A stretch of 64,000 nt of DNA from Mobula birostris (lineage: Eukaryota): NCBI RefSeq assembly GCF_030028105.1, contig NC_092393.1, positions 52,896,125 through 52,960,124 on the forward strand. Direction: 5' to 3'. The notes under the pieces were generated by a model. The model saw nothing but the letters and a program-made list of their open reading frames with translations. It was not told the DNA's origin and searched no databases. The position numbers and the translations under genes were made by a program. This document shows, in pieces, positions 36,126-48,900 of the stretch; within the stretch, counting starts at the first letter, position 1; every line of letters begins with the position of its first letter.

Positions 36126-36429
36126 TACAAATATACAGATATTTGTATATCTGTACATGTGTAATGCTATTGTGACACTGTAATTTCCTCTGGGATCAAT
36201 AAAGTATATATTTATCTATCTATCCACTGCTTACCCTCATCAATCATCTTCATCGTACCTTTAAAAAACCTTATAAGATATGATCTACCTGAAAAAAGTC
36301 CAAATGCAAGTAGATCCAATCCACAAGAATCATCTCCAATATCTTCCCTGCCATAAATGTAAGGTTTATCCACCTATAAATTTCTGGATTATTCCTAACA
36401 ACTGTTAATTAAACAAAGGAACATCTTTA

Positions 36430-38640
36430 ACTAGGCCTGTTTACAGAAACCCTGCCCATTTATCACCAGTATGCAACCTGTTGCACCAGAAGTTCCAGCA
36501 CCCTGGATCACTGCTACTCTACGACCACGTGTTGGCAAATTGGATCATTTGGCTGTGTTCCTGTTACCTACATGCAGACAGAGCCTAAAGAAGGCGGCTC
36601 CAGAGATCAAGACAACTAAGAGGTGGTCATGGGAGGTTACAGGATTGCCTTGAGTCAGCGGACTGGGCCGAGTTCAAGAACTCATCTGAGGACCTGAATA
36701 ACTACACCAGAGTCATTACAGACTTCATCTAGACCTGTGTGGATGAGTATGTCCCCATAAAATCGTTCAGGGTTTTCCCCAGTCAAAAGCCCTTTTTGAA
36801 CAATGAAATCTAGAACCTGCTGAGAGCCAGATCAGAGGCATTCAAGTCTGGAGATCAAGAATACTACAGGAGGTGTAGGTATGATCTCTGGAAAGCCATC
36901 TCTTGGGCAAAGTGGAGATCCCTGACTAGACTGGAATCAACAGGGGATATTTGACAGCTGTGGCAGGGTTTGAATGCCGAAACTACCTACAAAGCTAAAT
37001 CTTGCGACATAGGGGCAGCAGACCTTCACTTCCAGATGAGCTGAATGCCTTCTGTGCTCGCTTTGATCACCAGACCAGGTAGGAACCGTCGTGCATCCCC
37101 ATGTCTCAGTATCTGAACATGACATGCAGACTGCCTTCAAGAGAGTGTATCCAAGGAAAGCATCCACTCTAGAAAGAGTAGCTGGCTGAGTACTGAAGGC
37201 CCCCTGTGCCAACTGGCTAGTTAGTGTATTCATGGATTTCTTCAAACTCTTGCTCTGGCAGTGTGTGATACCCATCTGCTTCAAGCAGGCTTCTGTCATA
37301 CCGATGCCCAAAAAGAGCGTGGTAACCTGTCTAAATGACTATTGCCCAGTGGCACTTACATCCACAGTGATGGTGCTCTGAGAAGCTGGTGTTGAAGCAT
37401 TTCAGCTCTTGCCTGAATGGTGACATGTATCTGCTCCAATTCACATACCAAAGCGACAGGTCTGGAGCAGATGCTATCTTGTTGGCTCTTCACACAACCC
37501 TGGAACATCTGGACAGCAAAGGAGCATACATCAGGATGCTCTACATCAATTACAGCTCGGCATTTAACACCGTGTGCAATTGGATCCTGGATTTCCTCAC
37601 TATATTCCAGTCAGTTTGGATTGGCAAAAACATCTCCTGCACAATCTCCATCAGCACGGGAGCACTGCAGGGTTGTGTACTTCACCTCCTGGTCTACTCC
37701 CTTTACACCTGTGACTGTGTGGCTAAGTACAGCTCTAACACAATCTATATGTTTGCTGATGACACCACTGTTGTGGGCTGTATCAAAGGTAGTGATGAAT
37801 CAGCACACAGGAGGGAGAATGAAAACCTGGCTGAATGGTCAAACTTCACACTCATTGTGAATAAGACCAAGGAACTGATTGTAGACTTCTGGAGAGGGAA
37901 ACCAAAGGTCCATGTGCCAGTAATCACCAGAGGATCAGAGATGGAGAGAGGCAGTAACTTGAAATTCCTGGGTGTCACTATTTCAGAGGACCTGTCCTGG
38001 ACCCATCGTGTAAATATTATTGTGAAGAAAGCACAACAGCACCTCTACTTCCTGAGGAGTCTGGGGAGATTTGACAAGTCACCGAAAACCTTGGCAAACC
38101 TCTGTCGATGCGTGGTGGAAAGTGATCTGACTGGCTGCATTGCAGCCTGGTATGGGTACACCAGTGCCTTTGAGCGGAAAATCCTACCAAAGGTAGTGGA
38201 TTCAGCTCAGTACATCATGGGTAAAACCCTCCCAACCATTGAGTGCATCTACATGAAATGTCGCCATAGAAAAGCAGCATCAATCATCAAAGATCCTCAC
38301 CACCCAGGCCATGCTCTTTTCTGCTGCTGCCATCAGATAGAAGGTACAAGTGCCTCTGGACTTGCACCACCAGGTTCAAGAACAGTTACTACCCCTCAAC
38401 CATCAGGCTCTTGAACAAAAGGGATACTGCACTCATCTAAGGACTTCCTTGTTTCATTCTTGTTATTTAATTCTCTTCATTTTTATCTGCATTTACACAA
38501 TTTGTTTACAGTTAACAGTTCCTGTTGTTTACATTTTACATTTACTGTTCTATAGAATTGCTAAGTTTGGCCCACAAAAACAGAATCTCAGAGTCATGTG
38601 GTGACGTATATGTATCTGATAATTAATTTTACTTTGAACA
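36430..38640 (+). mobile_element. Rex1/Babar LINE (RT pseudogene; longest ORF in window, 37389-38414)
   Basis: NYSSAFNT, GALQGCVL, MFADDTTVVG, NKTKELIVDF, KFLGVTISEDLSW; stops upstream; actttgaac tail. Confidence 0.93.
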
Positions 38641-39359
38641 TCTACTCTGCAGTCTTCTGGAACCTCACCCATGGCTAGAGTGGGGGCTGTTGATTCATTG
38701 AATTCTGGCCTTTAAGAATTATCTTGTATTGGATGAATATGCCTGTCTATTTTGAACAAGACATGGATCAGTGATCAATCAATGAATGTGCACAAACATT
38801 TTGAATATATACCTGAAGCTCTCTGCTACCTCTTTGAAAGTGAAGAGGTTGTCTCCTGTGGTACTGAGGAGAAGATCAGAGCTATTTTCAGAATTCAGAG
38901 GTGTGGGAAGTTGCAAGTGGTTTTACTCATCTTGTCTGTCTTTGCCTGTATGAGTAAAATTGAAATTCTGAAGCTAATGAATCATTAAAATGGAAGTTTT
39001 TGTCAGAGAAATATTTCACATTTGACTGTTTTTTGTGTAATTTATACATTTCAACTACAAAGTTTGTATAATATTGAACATAGTTTATCCATATTTTCAG
39101 TAGACTGGCAAGTAATATAATAGAATGAAGACCTGGAAATTTATCTATGAAACCTTGGGAAAGCAAGTTTTGCAAGATTGAAAATCATGCTGAAAGCATT
39201 TTTGCACCCATCCCTAAATGTATTTGTGCCATGTGGTTATTTTGGTGTATTTTTTTCTTATTCTTTACTGCTGGGTTTCAGCATCTAGCTTGATAACAGT
39301 ACAGCAACACCCAAAATTCATTTCCAACAACATATTCAACCATTTTTAAGCCTACAAAA

Positions 39360-39872
39360 CCTGGTGGACACAACCCATTCCATCATAGGCAAACCCTCTC
39401 CACCATTGAGCAAATCTACAAGGAGCGCTGCCACGAGCAAAAAGCATCCGTCATCAAGGACCCCCCCCCCCCCCCAACCGCCACCCAGGCCATGCTCTTG
39501 TCCTGCTGCTGCCATTGTGAAAGTGGTCCCACACTACCAGGTTCAAGAACAGTTATTACTCTTCAACCATCAGACTCCTGAACCAACCTGGATAACTTCA
39601 CTCACCTCAACTTTGATCTGATTCCACAACCTTTGGACTCACTTTCAAGGACTCTACAACTCATGTTCTCAGTATTATGCATTTAGTTTTTTTTTGTATT
39701 TGCACAGTTTGTCGTCTTTTGCGCATTAGTTGTTTGTCAGTCTTTGTTTGTAGTTTTTCATTGATCCTATTGTATTTCTTTGTTCTATTGTGAATGCCTG
39801 CCAGAAAATGAATCTCAAAGTAGTTTATGTTCACGTATGTGCATTAATAATGAATTTACTTCGAGCTTTGAT
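39360..39872 (+). mobile_element. Rex1/Babar 3' fragment
   Basis: Similar to 38190-38640. Confidence 0.75.
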
Positions 39873-40355
39873 AGGCAAGGAGACAGTTCTTGACTCAGAG
39901 GGCATTGGCGCTCCGTAATTCATAGGAATATGAATAGCCAGCCATTCAAGGGGGGGGGAGACAGTTTTTGTGTGGTAGAGAGGATTTGTGGATTGGGTGA
40001 GGAGGTATGGTTGAGAATTGGAATTGATTTCATGTCATATGTACTGAGGTACAGTGAAAAGCTTGTCTGGCATCCAGTTTTGAACTTTGAACACTCAATT
40101 GTAATCCTGCCGCTCTCAAAGAAGTTTTTCATTTTACAACTGTGTTGGAGAGTATTGTAAATTTATTTTGATAGCCAGAACACAGGCCTTTGACATTTCT
40201 CACCTGGTACTCTTTTAATTTTTTTCCTAAGAGTATTAAATCCTACCATTTTCCCAAGCTGTGCACCGTTTGCAAACAGGGAAGAACTAGCAAGTATTCA
40301 CTTTCTTTACTCCTGCTCAAGAATACAATCTGAAATTGCCTATTAGCTTCACACA

Positions 40356-41619
40356 TACTCAGTGGCCACTTTATTAGGTACACTTGTACACCTGCTCGTT
40401 AACACATATATCTACTCAGCCAATTGTGTTCAAGGTTCAAGTTTAAAATACATTTGTTATCTAAAGCATGTATACTATCTACAACATTGAGATTCATCTC
40501 CTTAGAGGCAGCCACAAAACAAAGAAATCCTATAGAGCCCATTTTTTAAATAGGCTGTCAAACACCCAGTGTGCAGTACTGCGCTCAGTTCTGGTCACCT
40601 CACTACAGGAAGGATGTGGAAGTCATAGGGTGCAGAGGAGATTTACAAGGATGTTGCCTGGATCGGGGAGCATGCCTTATGAGAATAGGTTGAGTGAACT
40701 TGGCCTTTTTGCCTTGGAGTGGCGGAGGATGAGAGGTGAGCTGATAGAGGTGTATAAGATGATGAGAGGCATTGATTGAAATGGCTAACACGAGAGGGCA
40801 CAGTTTTAAGGTGCCTGGAAGTAGGTACAAAGGAGATGTCAGGGGTAAGTTTTTTTACACAGAGAGTGGTGAGTGCGTGGAATGGGCTGCCGGCGACGGT
40901 GGTGGAGGCGGATACAATAGGGTCATTTAAGAGACTCCTGGATAGGTACATGGAGCTTAGAAAAATAGAGGGTTATTGGGTAACCCTAAAGCAAGTACAT
41001 GTTCGGCCCAGCATTGTGGGCCAAAGGGCCTGCATTGTGCTGTAGATTTTCTGTGTTTCTATTAAAAAAACAAATTGTGCAAATAACAAAAGCAAGCAAA
41101 CAATTGAAGTTTACAAAATGAGTACACAGCCACAAAGCCAGTCATCATGGGGCATTTACTCAATGCAGAAAAGCATGTCAAGAGGTTCTTCAGGACAGAC
41201 GTTAGAATGGGGAAGAAAGATAATCTAAGTGACTTTTACCGTGGAATGATTATTGGTGACAGATGGGATGGTTTGAGTATCTCAGAAACTGCTGACCTCT
41301 TGAGATATTCAAGGACAGTAGTCTCCAGAGTTTACAGAAAATAGTGCGAGAAACAAAAAAAAAAAATCCAGTGAGCTGCAATTCTGTGGGTGAAAATGCT
41401 TTGTTAATAAAGGAGGTCAGTGGGGAATGGCTAGCCAGGTCCAAGCTGCCAGGAAGGTGACAGGAACTGAAATAACCATGTATTCCACAGTGGTGTGCAG
41501 AAGACCATCTCTGAATGCTCAACATGTCGAATCTTGAACAGTTGCAAAAGAGCATGAAAATCCACTGAGTAGGCGCTTTATTAGGTAGAGCCGGTTCCTA
41601 TTAAAGTGGCCACTGAGTG
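40356..41619 (+). mobile_element. Tc1 deletion derivative containing two nested insertions
   Basis: TIRs actcagtggccactttattagg / cctattaaagtggccactgagtg-TA. Confidence 0.85.
40577..41062 (+). mobile_element. CR1 3' fragment (innermost nested layer)
   Basis: RVQRRFTRMLPG…YENRLSELGLFALEWRRMRGELIEVYKMM; tail tgtgtttctat. Confidence 0.9.
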
Positions 41620-42024
41620 TATAAATGAAATGGTTCAGGGCTGAACGGACAACATCCGGATTGAATTGCTACTCTGCGCTCTTGTTATCGGTGCCCTCTG
41701 GTAGCAGGGGCTGTACTGGCTATGATCTTTTGCACAGCCTGGGAAGAATTGGCCAGTGGTGCCACATTTGCAGTCCAGACACAAACGCAGCAGTGTTCCC
41801 TCATGTAAATAGCTGAACATAATTAGATTAAACTTGGCTGTTAATGGCCTTTGTAGGCAAAAAAAAACTTGATAATGCATTTTCTATTTCTAAAGGTCAA
41901 GTTCTACTTTAAAAGGTCAAGTTCTGACTGTTAATTGTTTTTATTTATTCATTCATGGAGTGTTTGCTTTGTTGGCAATGCCAGAATTTAAAGCCCATCT
42001 CACATTGTCCTTGAACTGAATGGT

Positions 42025-42545
42025 CAATTCAGAATCAAGTTTAATATCACTGGCACATGTTGTGAAATCTGTTGTTTTGCTGCAGCAGTGCAGTGCAATG
42101 CATAAAAAACTATAAATGGAATAAGAAATATAAGGAATACTGTAAGTCAATATATAAGAGAAATATATGAAAATATAATAAAAACATGAAATTAAGTAGT
42201 GCAAAAAGAGAGAGAAAAAACAGTGAGGTAGTATTCAAGGGTTCATTGTGTGTTCAGAAATCTGATGGTGGAGGGGACGAAGATGTTCCTAAAGCTTTGT
42301 GTGTGTGTGTCTTTAAACTCCTGTACCACCTCCTTGATGTTAGCAATGAGAAGAGGGCATGTCCTGGGTGATGAGGGTCGTTAATGATGGATGCCACCAT
42401 TTTGAGGCATTGCCTTTTGAAGATGTTCTCAATGCTGGGGAGGATAGTGCCCATGATGGGACTGGCTGAGTTTATAACCCTCTGCAGCTTTTCCTGGTCC
42501 TGTGCAGTTGCCCCTCCATACCAAACAGTGATGCAACCAGACAGC
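42025..42545 (-). mobile_element. Rex1/Babar 3' fragment
   Basis: LSGCITVWYGG…IINDPHHPGHALFSLLTS. Confidence 0.85.
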
Positions 42546-43829
42546 AACCAGGAGTCACAAAGTGTAAAGGCACCACAGTGTATAACTCACTTGCTTCTCA
42601 TGGGTTGATGTGAATTTTTTTTAATGGATTGTTGTCACTGTTCATCTCCTTCCACTCACATGTCACTCCATTTTCTCACACTTAGGGAATGATTTGAATT
42701 TAACCTTTCTGAGCCAACTCCAAATCGGCAAGTCTTGGTTACCTTCACAAATGATCACTGATCTGTCTGTCCACAGATGTTGACTGCAGGTCTTCACCAT
42801 CACTCATATTTATTGTTAACCATGTGGTATTACAGTGAGGGCCTGTTTGCATTACGTCAGCTGCTAAATCGGTCTATTCTGAGCACTATTAGAGGGTGGG
42901 CAGAGGGAAAGTTTTGTAGATGTTCTCAAAGCCTCTGTGAAAAAAATATACCATTCTCTGCAGCTTTGTGTGAAGCCTTGGTCCAAAGTGTAGAGACATT
43001 CAGGATGGCATTGAGATTCTTGGCCACTGATTGTGAACACACAGAAGCCCTGTGTAAATGGCATTAGATTACCAGCACCCAAGCTATCTACCTGCTCATC
43101 CGTCAAGCTCCTTTCTCCACCACCTATAACAGAATCATCAAGTCCCACATTAGCCTCATCAGCCACCTGTGAAACTACAGAACTGAAGTGGAAACCAGAC
43201 CATCCTTAATTCCAAGTCACTGCTTCTGTTGTCATTGACCGTATCCCAGCTGACTTCTCTACTCATTTATTAAGAGTTGGGACTAAACTTTAAAGATCAT
43301 TGATGTCTCCAAGTTGTTTTCTGAAGTTTTATTTTCACCTTTCATCCATTGAAAGGGTGTTTTCCCCCCTTCTATTTGAGGGAAGCTTGTTTACTTTCTA
43401 GGAAAAGCTTCCCCTAAGCAATCTGAGACTTTGATCCAACTTCGTAAGGTCTACGTTATAGCCCTGACTGCTGCTACTTTTTCGAGTTCCTATGTCATAT
43501 TGTGAACTACAGAAGACAAGATGACACGATCAAACCTTCTGTGAATATTGAGGAAGAAGTTTGGAGCAGCCATTTTATTGCAATGAATGATGACTCACAG
43601 AAAGCTGAATTCAACCAAGGCCATATATATGGAAGCTGACTAGTAAAATAATACCTGCAATACTAAAGTGGCTGCAACTTAAAATCTTTATTAAGGCCAT
43701 GCTCTAAAGCAGGGGTTCCCAACCTGGGGTTCACGGACCTCATGGTAAATGGTAAGGTTCCACGGCATAAAAATGGTAAACATGCTTATCTTGTAAAATA
43801 GTAAAATAGCAACATGTTGGTCATTTGCT

Positions 43830-44590
43830 GCAGTTCAAAGTTTAAAGTAAGTTTATTATCAAGTTGTGTTACAACCCTGAGATTTATTTTCTTGCAGCAT
43901 TCAAAGTTGAAGTAAAATTTGTTATCAGAGTACATACATGTCACTACGTACAACCCTGAAATAGTTAGCAAACAGTAACCGTAAACATCAGGAACGAGCA
44001 TGAAATAACAATATAACAGAGTCCTTAAATGAGAGTAGTTATCCCATTTTGTTCAAGAGCCTGATGGTTGAGGACTGGTAACTATTCTTGAATTTGGTAG
44101 TGTGAGTCCTGAGGCACCTGTACCTTCTACCTGATGGCAGCAGCAAGGAAAGAGCATGGCCTGGGTGGTGAGGATCTCTGAAGATGGATGCTGCTTTTCT
44201 ATGGCAGCATTTTATGTAGATGTGCTCAGTGGTTGGGAGGGCTTCACCTGTGATGTATAGGGCTGAATCCACTACCTTTTACCGGATTTTCTGCTCAAAA
44301 GCTTTGGTGTTGCCATACCAGGCCAAAATGCAGCCAGTCAGCACACTTTCACCACACATCTATAGAAGTTTGCTAAGGTTTTCAATGACATGCCTAACCT
44401 CCACAAACTCCTGAGAAAGTAGAGGCACTGTTGTGCTTTCTTCGCAATAATATTTATATGATGGGTCCAGGACAGGTCCTCTGAGATAGTGGCACCCAGG
44501 AATTTAAAATTACTGACCCTCTCCAACTCCAATCCTCTGATGATTACTGGCTCATGGACCTCTGGTTTCTCTCTCCTGAAGTCTATAGTC
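43830..44590 (-). mobile_element. Rex1/Babar 3' fragment
   Basis: ORFs 44338-44655 and 44039-44272 similar to the C-terminus of 37389-38414. Confidence 0.88.
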
Positions 44591-45354
44591 AGTAGCTGGG
44601 CTTCAGTTTCCCTTTCCGTCCGTCCTTTGAACAGCAGGGTCAGTGTTATGATCAAAGTTACCGGTAGATTGTGATGATGTGGTCAAAATTATACATTAGT
44701 TTTGTGGCCTTTGGAGCATCAAGTTCAGTTGCAGCCTAAGTGGGGAACATTTATTTCTGAACATTTCTCATCAGCTGAAGTGAGTGCTTACTATACTCTT
44801 CCATTTTGCAGTTAATTCATTTAATCCTCAATGCTCAATCATAAAACTAAAGATAGAAATCCTATATTTAGCACAGTGTTGCAGTGATAGGCAAAAGGAC
44901 ACAACTCCACCAAATAATTCTGCAGAAAATGAGTGGTTAATGACAGTGCAGATTTGCCAAAAATCATATGCTGATAGTTCAGGTGTTGTTTTGTTGTAAT
45001 CTTTGTTCCAGGTAAGATGGCCTTTTGGGATTTGTGTTCCAGTTACACCCTATATAAAGTCATTTGAAAGTCGCACTTGGTCTGCTTTTGAAATATAAAT
45101 TTACTTTATCATTATCAGGAAACACAAATTTTATCTGATAATGCTAACTCTGTCACCCTTGTAAATTTTGAAATAATATGTTCTGAAGCCCAATGTCAGT
45201 AAGGATTTACCTGGAGCTCATCTCTTGATAGTATAAGGAGATAATTTTACTTTTTGCCCCTGGCTTTCCAGTTTCTTCAACATCACAATCATTGCTGTCT
45301 GATCTTCTGTGGCTTAGTTGCTTTCTACGCCATCTCCAACTTCCTCATACCATC

Positions 45355-45710
45355 TTAGACCTCAAGACACGGGAGCACAATTTGGCCCATCAAATTCGCT
45401 CCACCTTTCAATCATGACTGATTTATTATCCCTCTCAACACCATTCTGTTGCCTTCTCCCTGTAACCTTTAACCCCTTTACAGATGAAGAACCTATCAAC
45501 TTCCACTTTAAATATACTCAATGATGTGGCCTGCACAGCCAACTGTGGCAATGATTTCCACAAATTCACCACCCTCTGGCTGAAAACATTCCTTCTCATC
45601 TCTGTTCTAAGGCACATCCTTCATTTATTAGGATAAGCTCTCTGGTCCAAGACACTCCTGCTATTCAAAACCTCCTCCCCACGTCCAATCTTTCTAGGCC
45701 TATCAATCTT
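45355..45710 (-). mobile_element. CR1 3' fragment
   Basis: LRTEMRRNVFSQRVVNLWKSLP. Confidence 0.8.
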
Positions 45711-45937
45711 GCGCTTTGTTCTATCTTCAGGATGACTGTTTTTCCACTATCTTGACACAGGGCACCAATATTTGAAAAATGAAAAGGATTAGTCCCACTG
45801 TGCACGTCTGCATTGTAATAATTATTGAAAAAAATGCAGGTGAAACCCAAGCCTTCTATTTAGTATCAAAACATGAAATTAAAAAAAAAACTCTGCTAAT
45901 ATTAAACCTAAGCAGCTATTGATTTTAACCATGTTAC

Positions 45938-46220
45938 AGACGCAAAACGCTGGAGAAACTCGGCAGGTCAGGCAGTGCCAGGAAAGGGGAAGAAGCCCGA
46001 ATAAGCAAGTGGGGGTGGGGGGAAGGAGTACATGCTGGAAGGTGATCAGTGAAGCCAGGTGTGGGTGGAGGAGGGTGGAATGAAGTGAGAAGGTGGCAGG
46101 TGATAGATGGAAAAGGTAAAGGGCTGAAGATTGAATCTGTTATGAGAGTGAATCATGGCAGAAAGGAAAGGAGGAGGGGCATTTTGGATTTTCCTCATCC
46201 GTAGAATCTCTTGTGTTTAT
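45938..46220. mobile_element. Penelope pLTR fragment (related fragment 53965-54275)
   Basis: aaaacgctggagaaactcggcaggtcaggcag plus purine-rich arm as in 31750-31960. Confidence 0.65.
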
Positions 46221-46802
46221 GATTTTAAACATGCTCTATGCATGGTGATATTTTTCGCTACTGTAGAACTCTTTTATCAGGTCTGTGTGCTGTTTATCAT
46301 AGAAGGCCATGTAGTCATGGTCAAAGTTACCTCCATGAACAAATTAACTTTCATTGTTGAAACACTCAAATGAGACTTTTCAGGTGACCACAATGTGTTC
46401 GCTGTGAAAAGGACTCTCAATGAGCAGAAGATGTACTGCCAATATGCACTCAGTTATCTTTGCCACCATATCTTCATAAGCTCCCTGAAAAACATCACAC
46501 AATCTTTTAGAAACTGGTACCTTCTATGCAGTCCGGTCAGGCATCAGCTTGATAGTTTATTGGGTTTACATTTACCCATTTATCAAAAAGACAGTTCTCA
46601 GCTATTAATCATAGGCCAGCAGGACCCACGGCTGCTTTACATTTTATTCAACTCCTGCTGGTAAGGTAAAGGTCGGGTAAAGATAAAGGTTAGCTTTGTT
46701 TGTCACTTGTACATCGAAGCACATGGTGAAATGCGTCATTTGCGTCAAACCAAAGCAGCAAGATTGCACTGGCCACCTGCAATTGGCACCACGCCTCTGG
46801 TT

Positions 46803-46970
46803 NNNNNNNNNNNNNNNNNNNNNNNNNNNNNNNNNNNNNNNNNNNNNNNNNNNNNNNNNNNNNNNNNNNNNNNNNNNNNNNNNNNNNNNNNNNNNNNNNN
46901 NNNNNNNNNNNNNNNNNNNNNNNNNNNNNNNNNNNNNNNNNNNNNNNNNNNNNNNNNNNNNNNNNNNNNN
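46803..46970. other. Assembly gap (168 N) followed by a (CT)n tract to about 47046
   Basis: N run and CT microsatellite. Confidence 1.
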
Positions 46971-47014
46971 CTCTCCCCCCTCTCACTCTCTACCTCTCTT
47001 TCTCTGTCTCTCTC

Positions 47015-47048
<34 letters not shown>

Positions 47049-47189
47049 CATAGCCACAACCCACTAGCCCCTGCATGCATCATCTTTAGAGGAAACTGGA
47101 TCACCTGGAGGAAACATACTTAGATCACCAACGTTGATCACTGGACACTGCAGAGAGTGGTACAGACAGCTCAGCGCATCTGTGGATGA

Positions 47190-47470
47190 GAACTTCCCTC
47201 AAATGAGGACATGTACAGCAGCAGGTACAGAAATAAGGGCTGGAAGATCATCAGGGACACCAGTCACCCCAACCATAAACTGTTTCAGCTGCTTCCATCT
47301 GGCAAATGGTACCGTAGCATTAAAGCCAGGACCAACAGGCTACAGGACAGCTTCTTTCTACAAGCCATTAGACTTATAAATTCAAGTCTGTACATTGCAA
47401 CAGTCGTAACGCAAAGATTTTTACTCCCTCTCGTGGGATGGATGTAAGATTTAAGTAAATTCAAATTCAA
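47190..47470 (+). mobile_element. Rex1-type LINE 3' end
   Basis: IIRDTSHPNHKLFQLLPSGKWYRSIKARTNRLQDSFFLQAIRLIN; (aaattc)n tail. Confidence 0.8.
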
Positions 47471-47542
47471 ATGTGCAGATCCCTGAGAGGCAGCAGTGAG
47501 AATTGAACCTAATCTTACAGCAAAGCGTTGTGCTAACTACTA

Positions 47543-47827
47543 TCACGAGAAAATCTGCGGATGCTGGAAATCCAAAGCCACACACACACACACACACACA
47601 CACAGTGCTGGAGGAACTCTGCAGCCAGGCAGTATCCGTGGAAAAAAGTAAACAGTTGATGTTTTGGGCCAAAACCCTTCATCAGGACTTCCCCCTAAAT
47701 TCTTAATCTGAATTCTTCTCCCTTTCTTTCTAGTCCCGATGACGGGGTCGGCCCGAAACATTGACTGTTTACTCTTTCCCATAGATGCTGCCCGGCTTGC
47801 TGAGTTCCTCCAGCATTCTGTGTTGTG
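47543..47827. mobile_element. Penelope-derived hairpin element, hammerhead motifs at 47653-47689 (-) and 47732-47767 (+)
   Basis: Inverted arms; imperfect TSD gtgctaactacta / gtgctgaccacta. Confidence 0.85.
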
Positions 47828-48069
47828 GTGCTGACCACTACATCCCCATGCAGCCCTGTTGGTGAATAACTCTCTGCTAAGGAGGAAAAGTTGTCAACTG
47901 CATTATAGAATCCTCCTTCACTAAATCACCCTTCCTTGACCATGGGTGTCACAGTGGGTAGTGATGTTATCTCACAGCTCCATTGATCCAAATTGAATCC
48001 TGACCTCTGGTGTTAATTTGAATTTGTACATTCTCCATATGATTCTGAGTTTCCTCCCAAGAAAACATT

Positions 48070-48900
48070 AGCGTATCGGTCAGAATCACACTTTACAGTG
48101 TCAGCAAACTAGGCTCAATTCCCGACTATCCGTAAGGAGTTCATATGTTAGATTATGAAGACACGCAGTCCTCTTTTATTGTCATTTGGTAATGCATGCA
48201 TTAAGAAATAATACAATATTTCCTTCAGTGTGATATCACAAAACACAGGACAGACCAAGACTGAAAAAACTAACAAAACCACATAATTATAACATATAGT
48301 TACAACAGTGCAACAATACCATAATTTGATGAAGAACAGTCCATGAGCACAGTAAAAAGTTCAAAGTCTCTCAAATGTCCCACATCTCACGCAGACGGGA
48401 GAAGGAAGAAAACTCTCCCTGCCATGCCCGACCACAGTCCGACTCTGAGTTGTCCGAAAACTTCGAGCCTCTGATCACCCCTCCCACACCAAGTACCAAG
48501 CACCATCTCTATACGAATGATTTGACCTCAGTCTCGGTCGCCAACAGCAGGCAAAGCCGGGGATTTTGGGGCCTTACCTCAGAAGATTCTTGATCACCCA
48601 GTAACAGCGACAGCGAACCTGTGTTTCAGAAATTTCTCCAGATGTTCCTCTGTGCTTTCACATCTGTCTCCATCAAATCAGAATTGTCCACGGCCCCTAT
48701 TTAACAGATACGATATCATTTTCACCGGAGGGCTGCGTGCGCTGCTATCTCCTCCTCCCTGTAACCACATAGGTTTCCTCCAGTTGCTCCAGTGTCCTCC
48801 CACTTCCCAAGATGTATGGGCTAGTAGGTTAATTGGTCATTTGGGTGGTGCAGGCTTGTTCAGCCAGAAGGGTCTGTTACTGTGCTGTATCTCTAAATAA
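48070..48900 (+). mobile_element. V-SINE interrupted by a ~610-bp insertion (about 48148-48755, -)
   Basis: ggagttcatatgtt | ctccctgtaaccacataggtttcctcc rejoin into the V-domain. Confidence 0.75.

Noticed and set aside
37389-38414. 341-aa ORF as a host gene (e.g. ALKBH8-like/DUF1891)
   Set aside because: It is LINE reverse transcriptase with deletions, upstream stops and many paralogous fragments in this window
41892-41928. Short tandem duplication aaaggtcaagttct x2 (nuclear-receptor-like half sites)
   Set aside because: Most simply a slippage duplication; no supporting evidence for regulation
43709-43780. hAT-like TIR caggggttcccaacctgggg
   Set aside because: No matching right TIR or TSD found; at most a short MITE fragment
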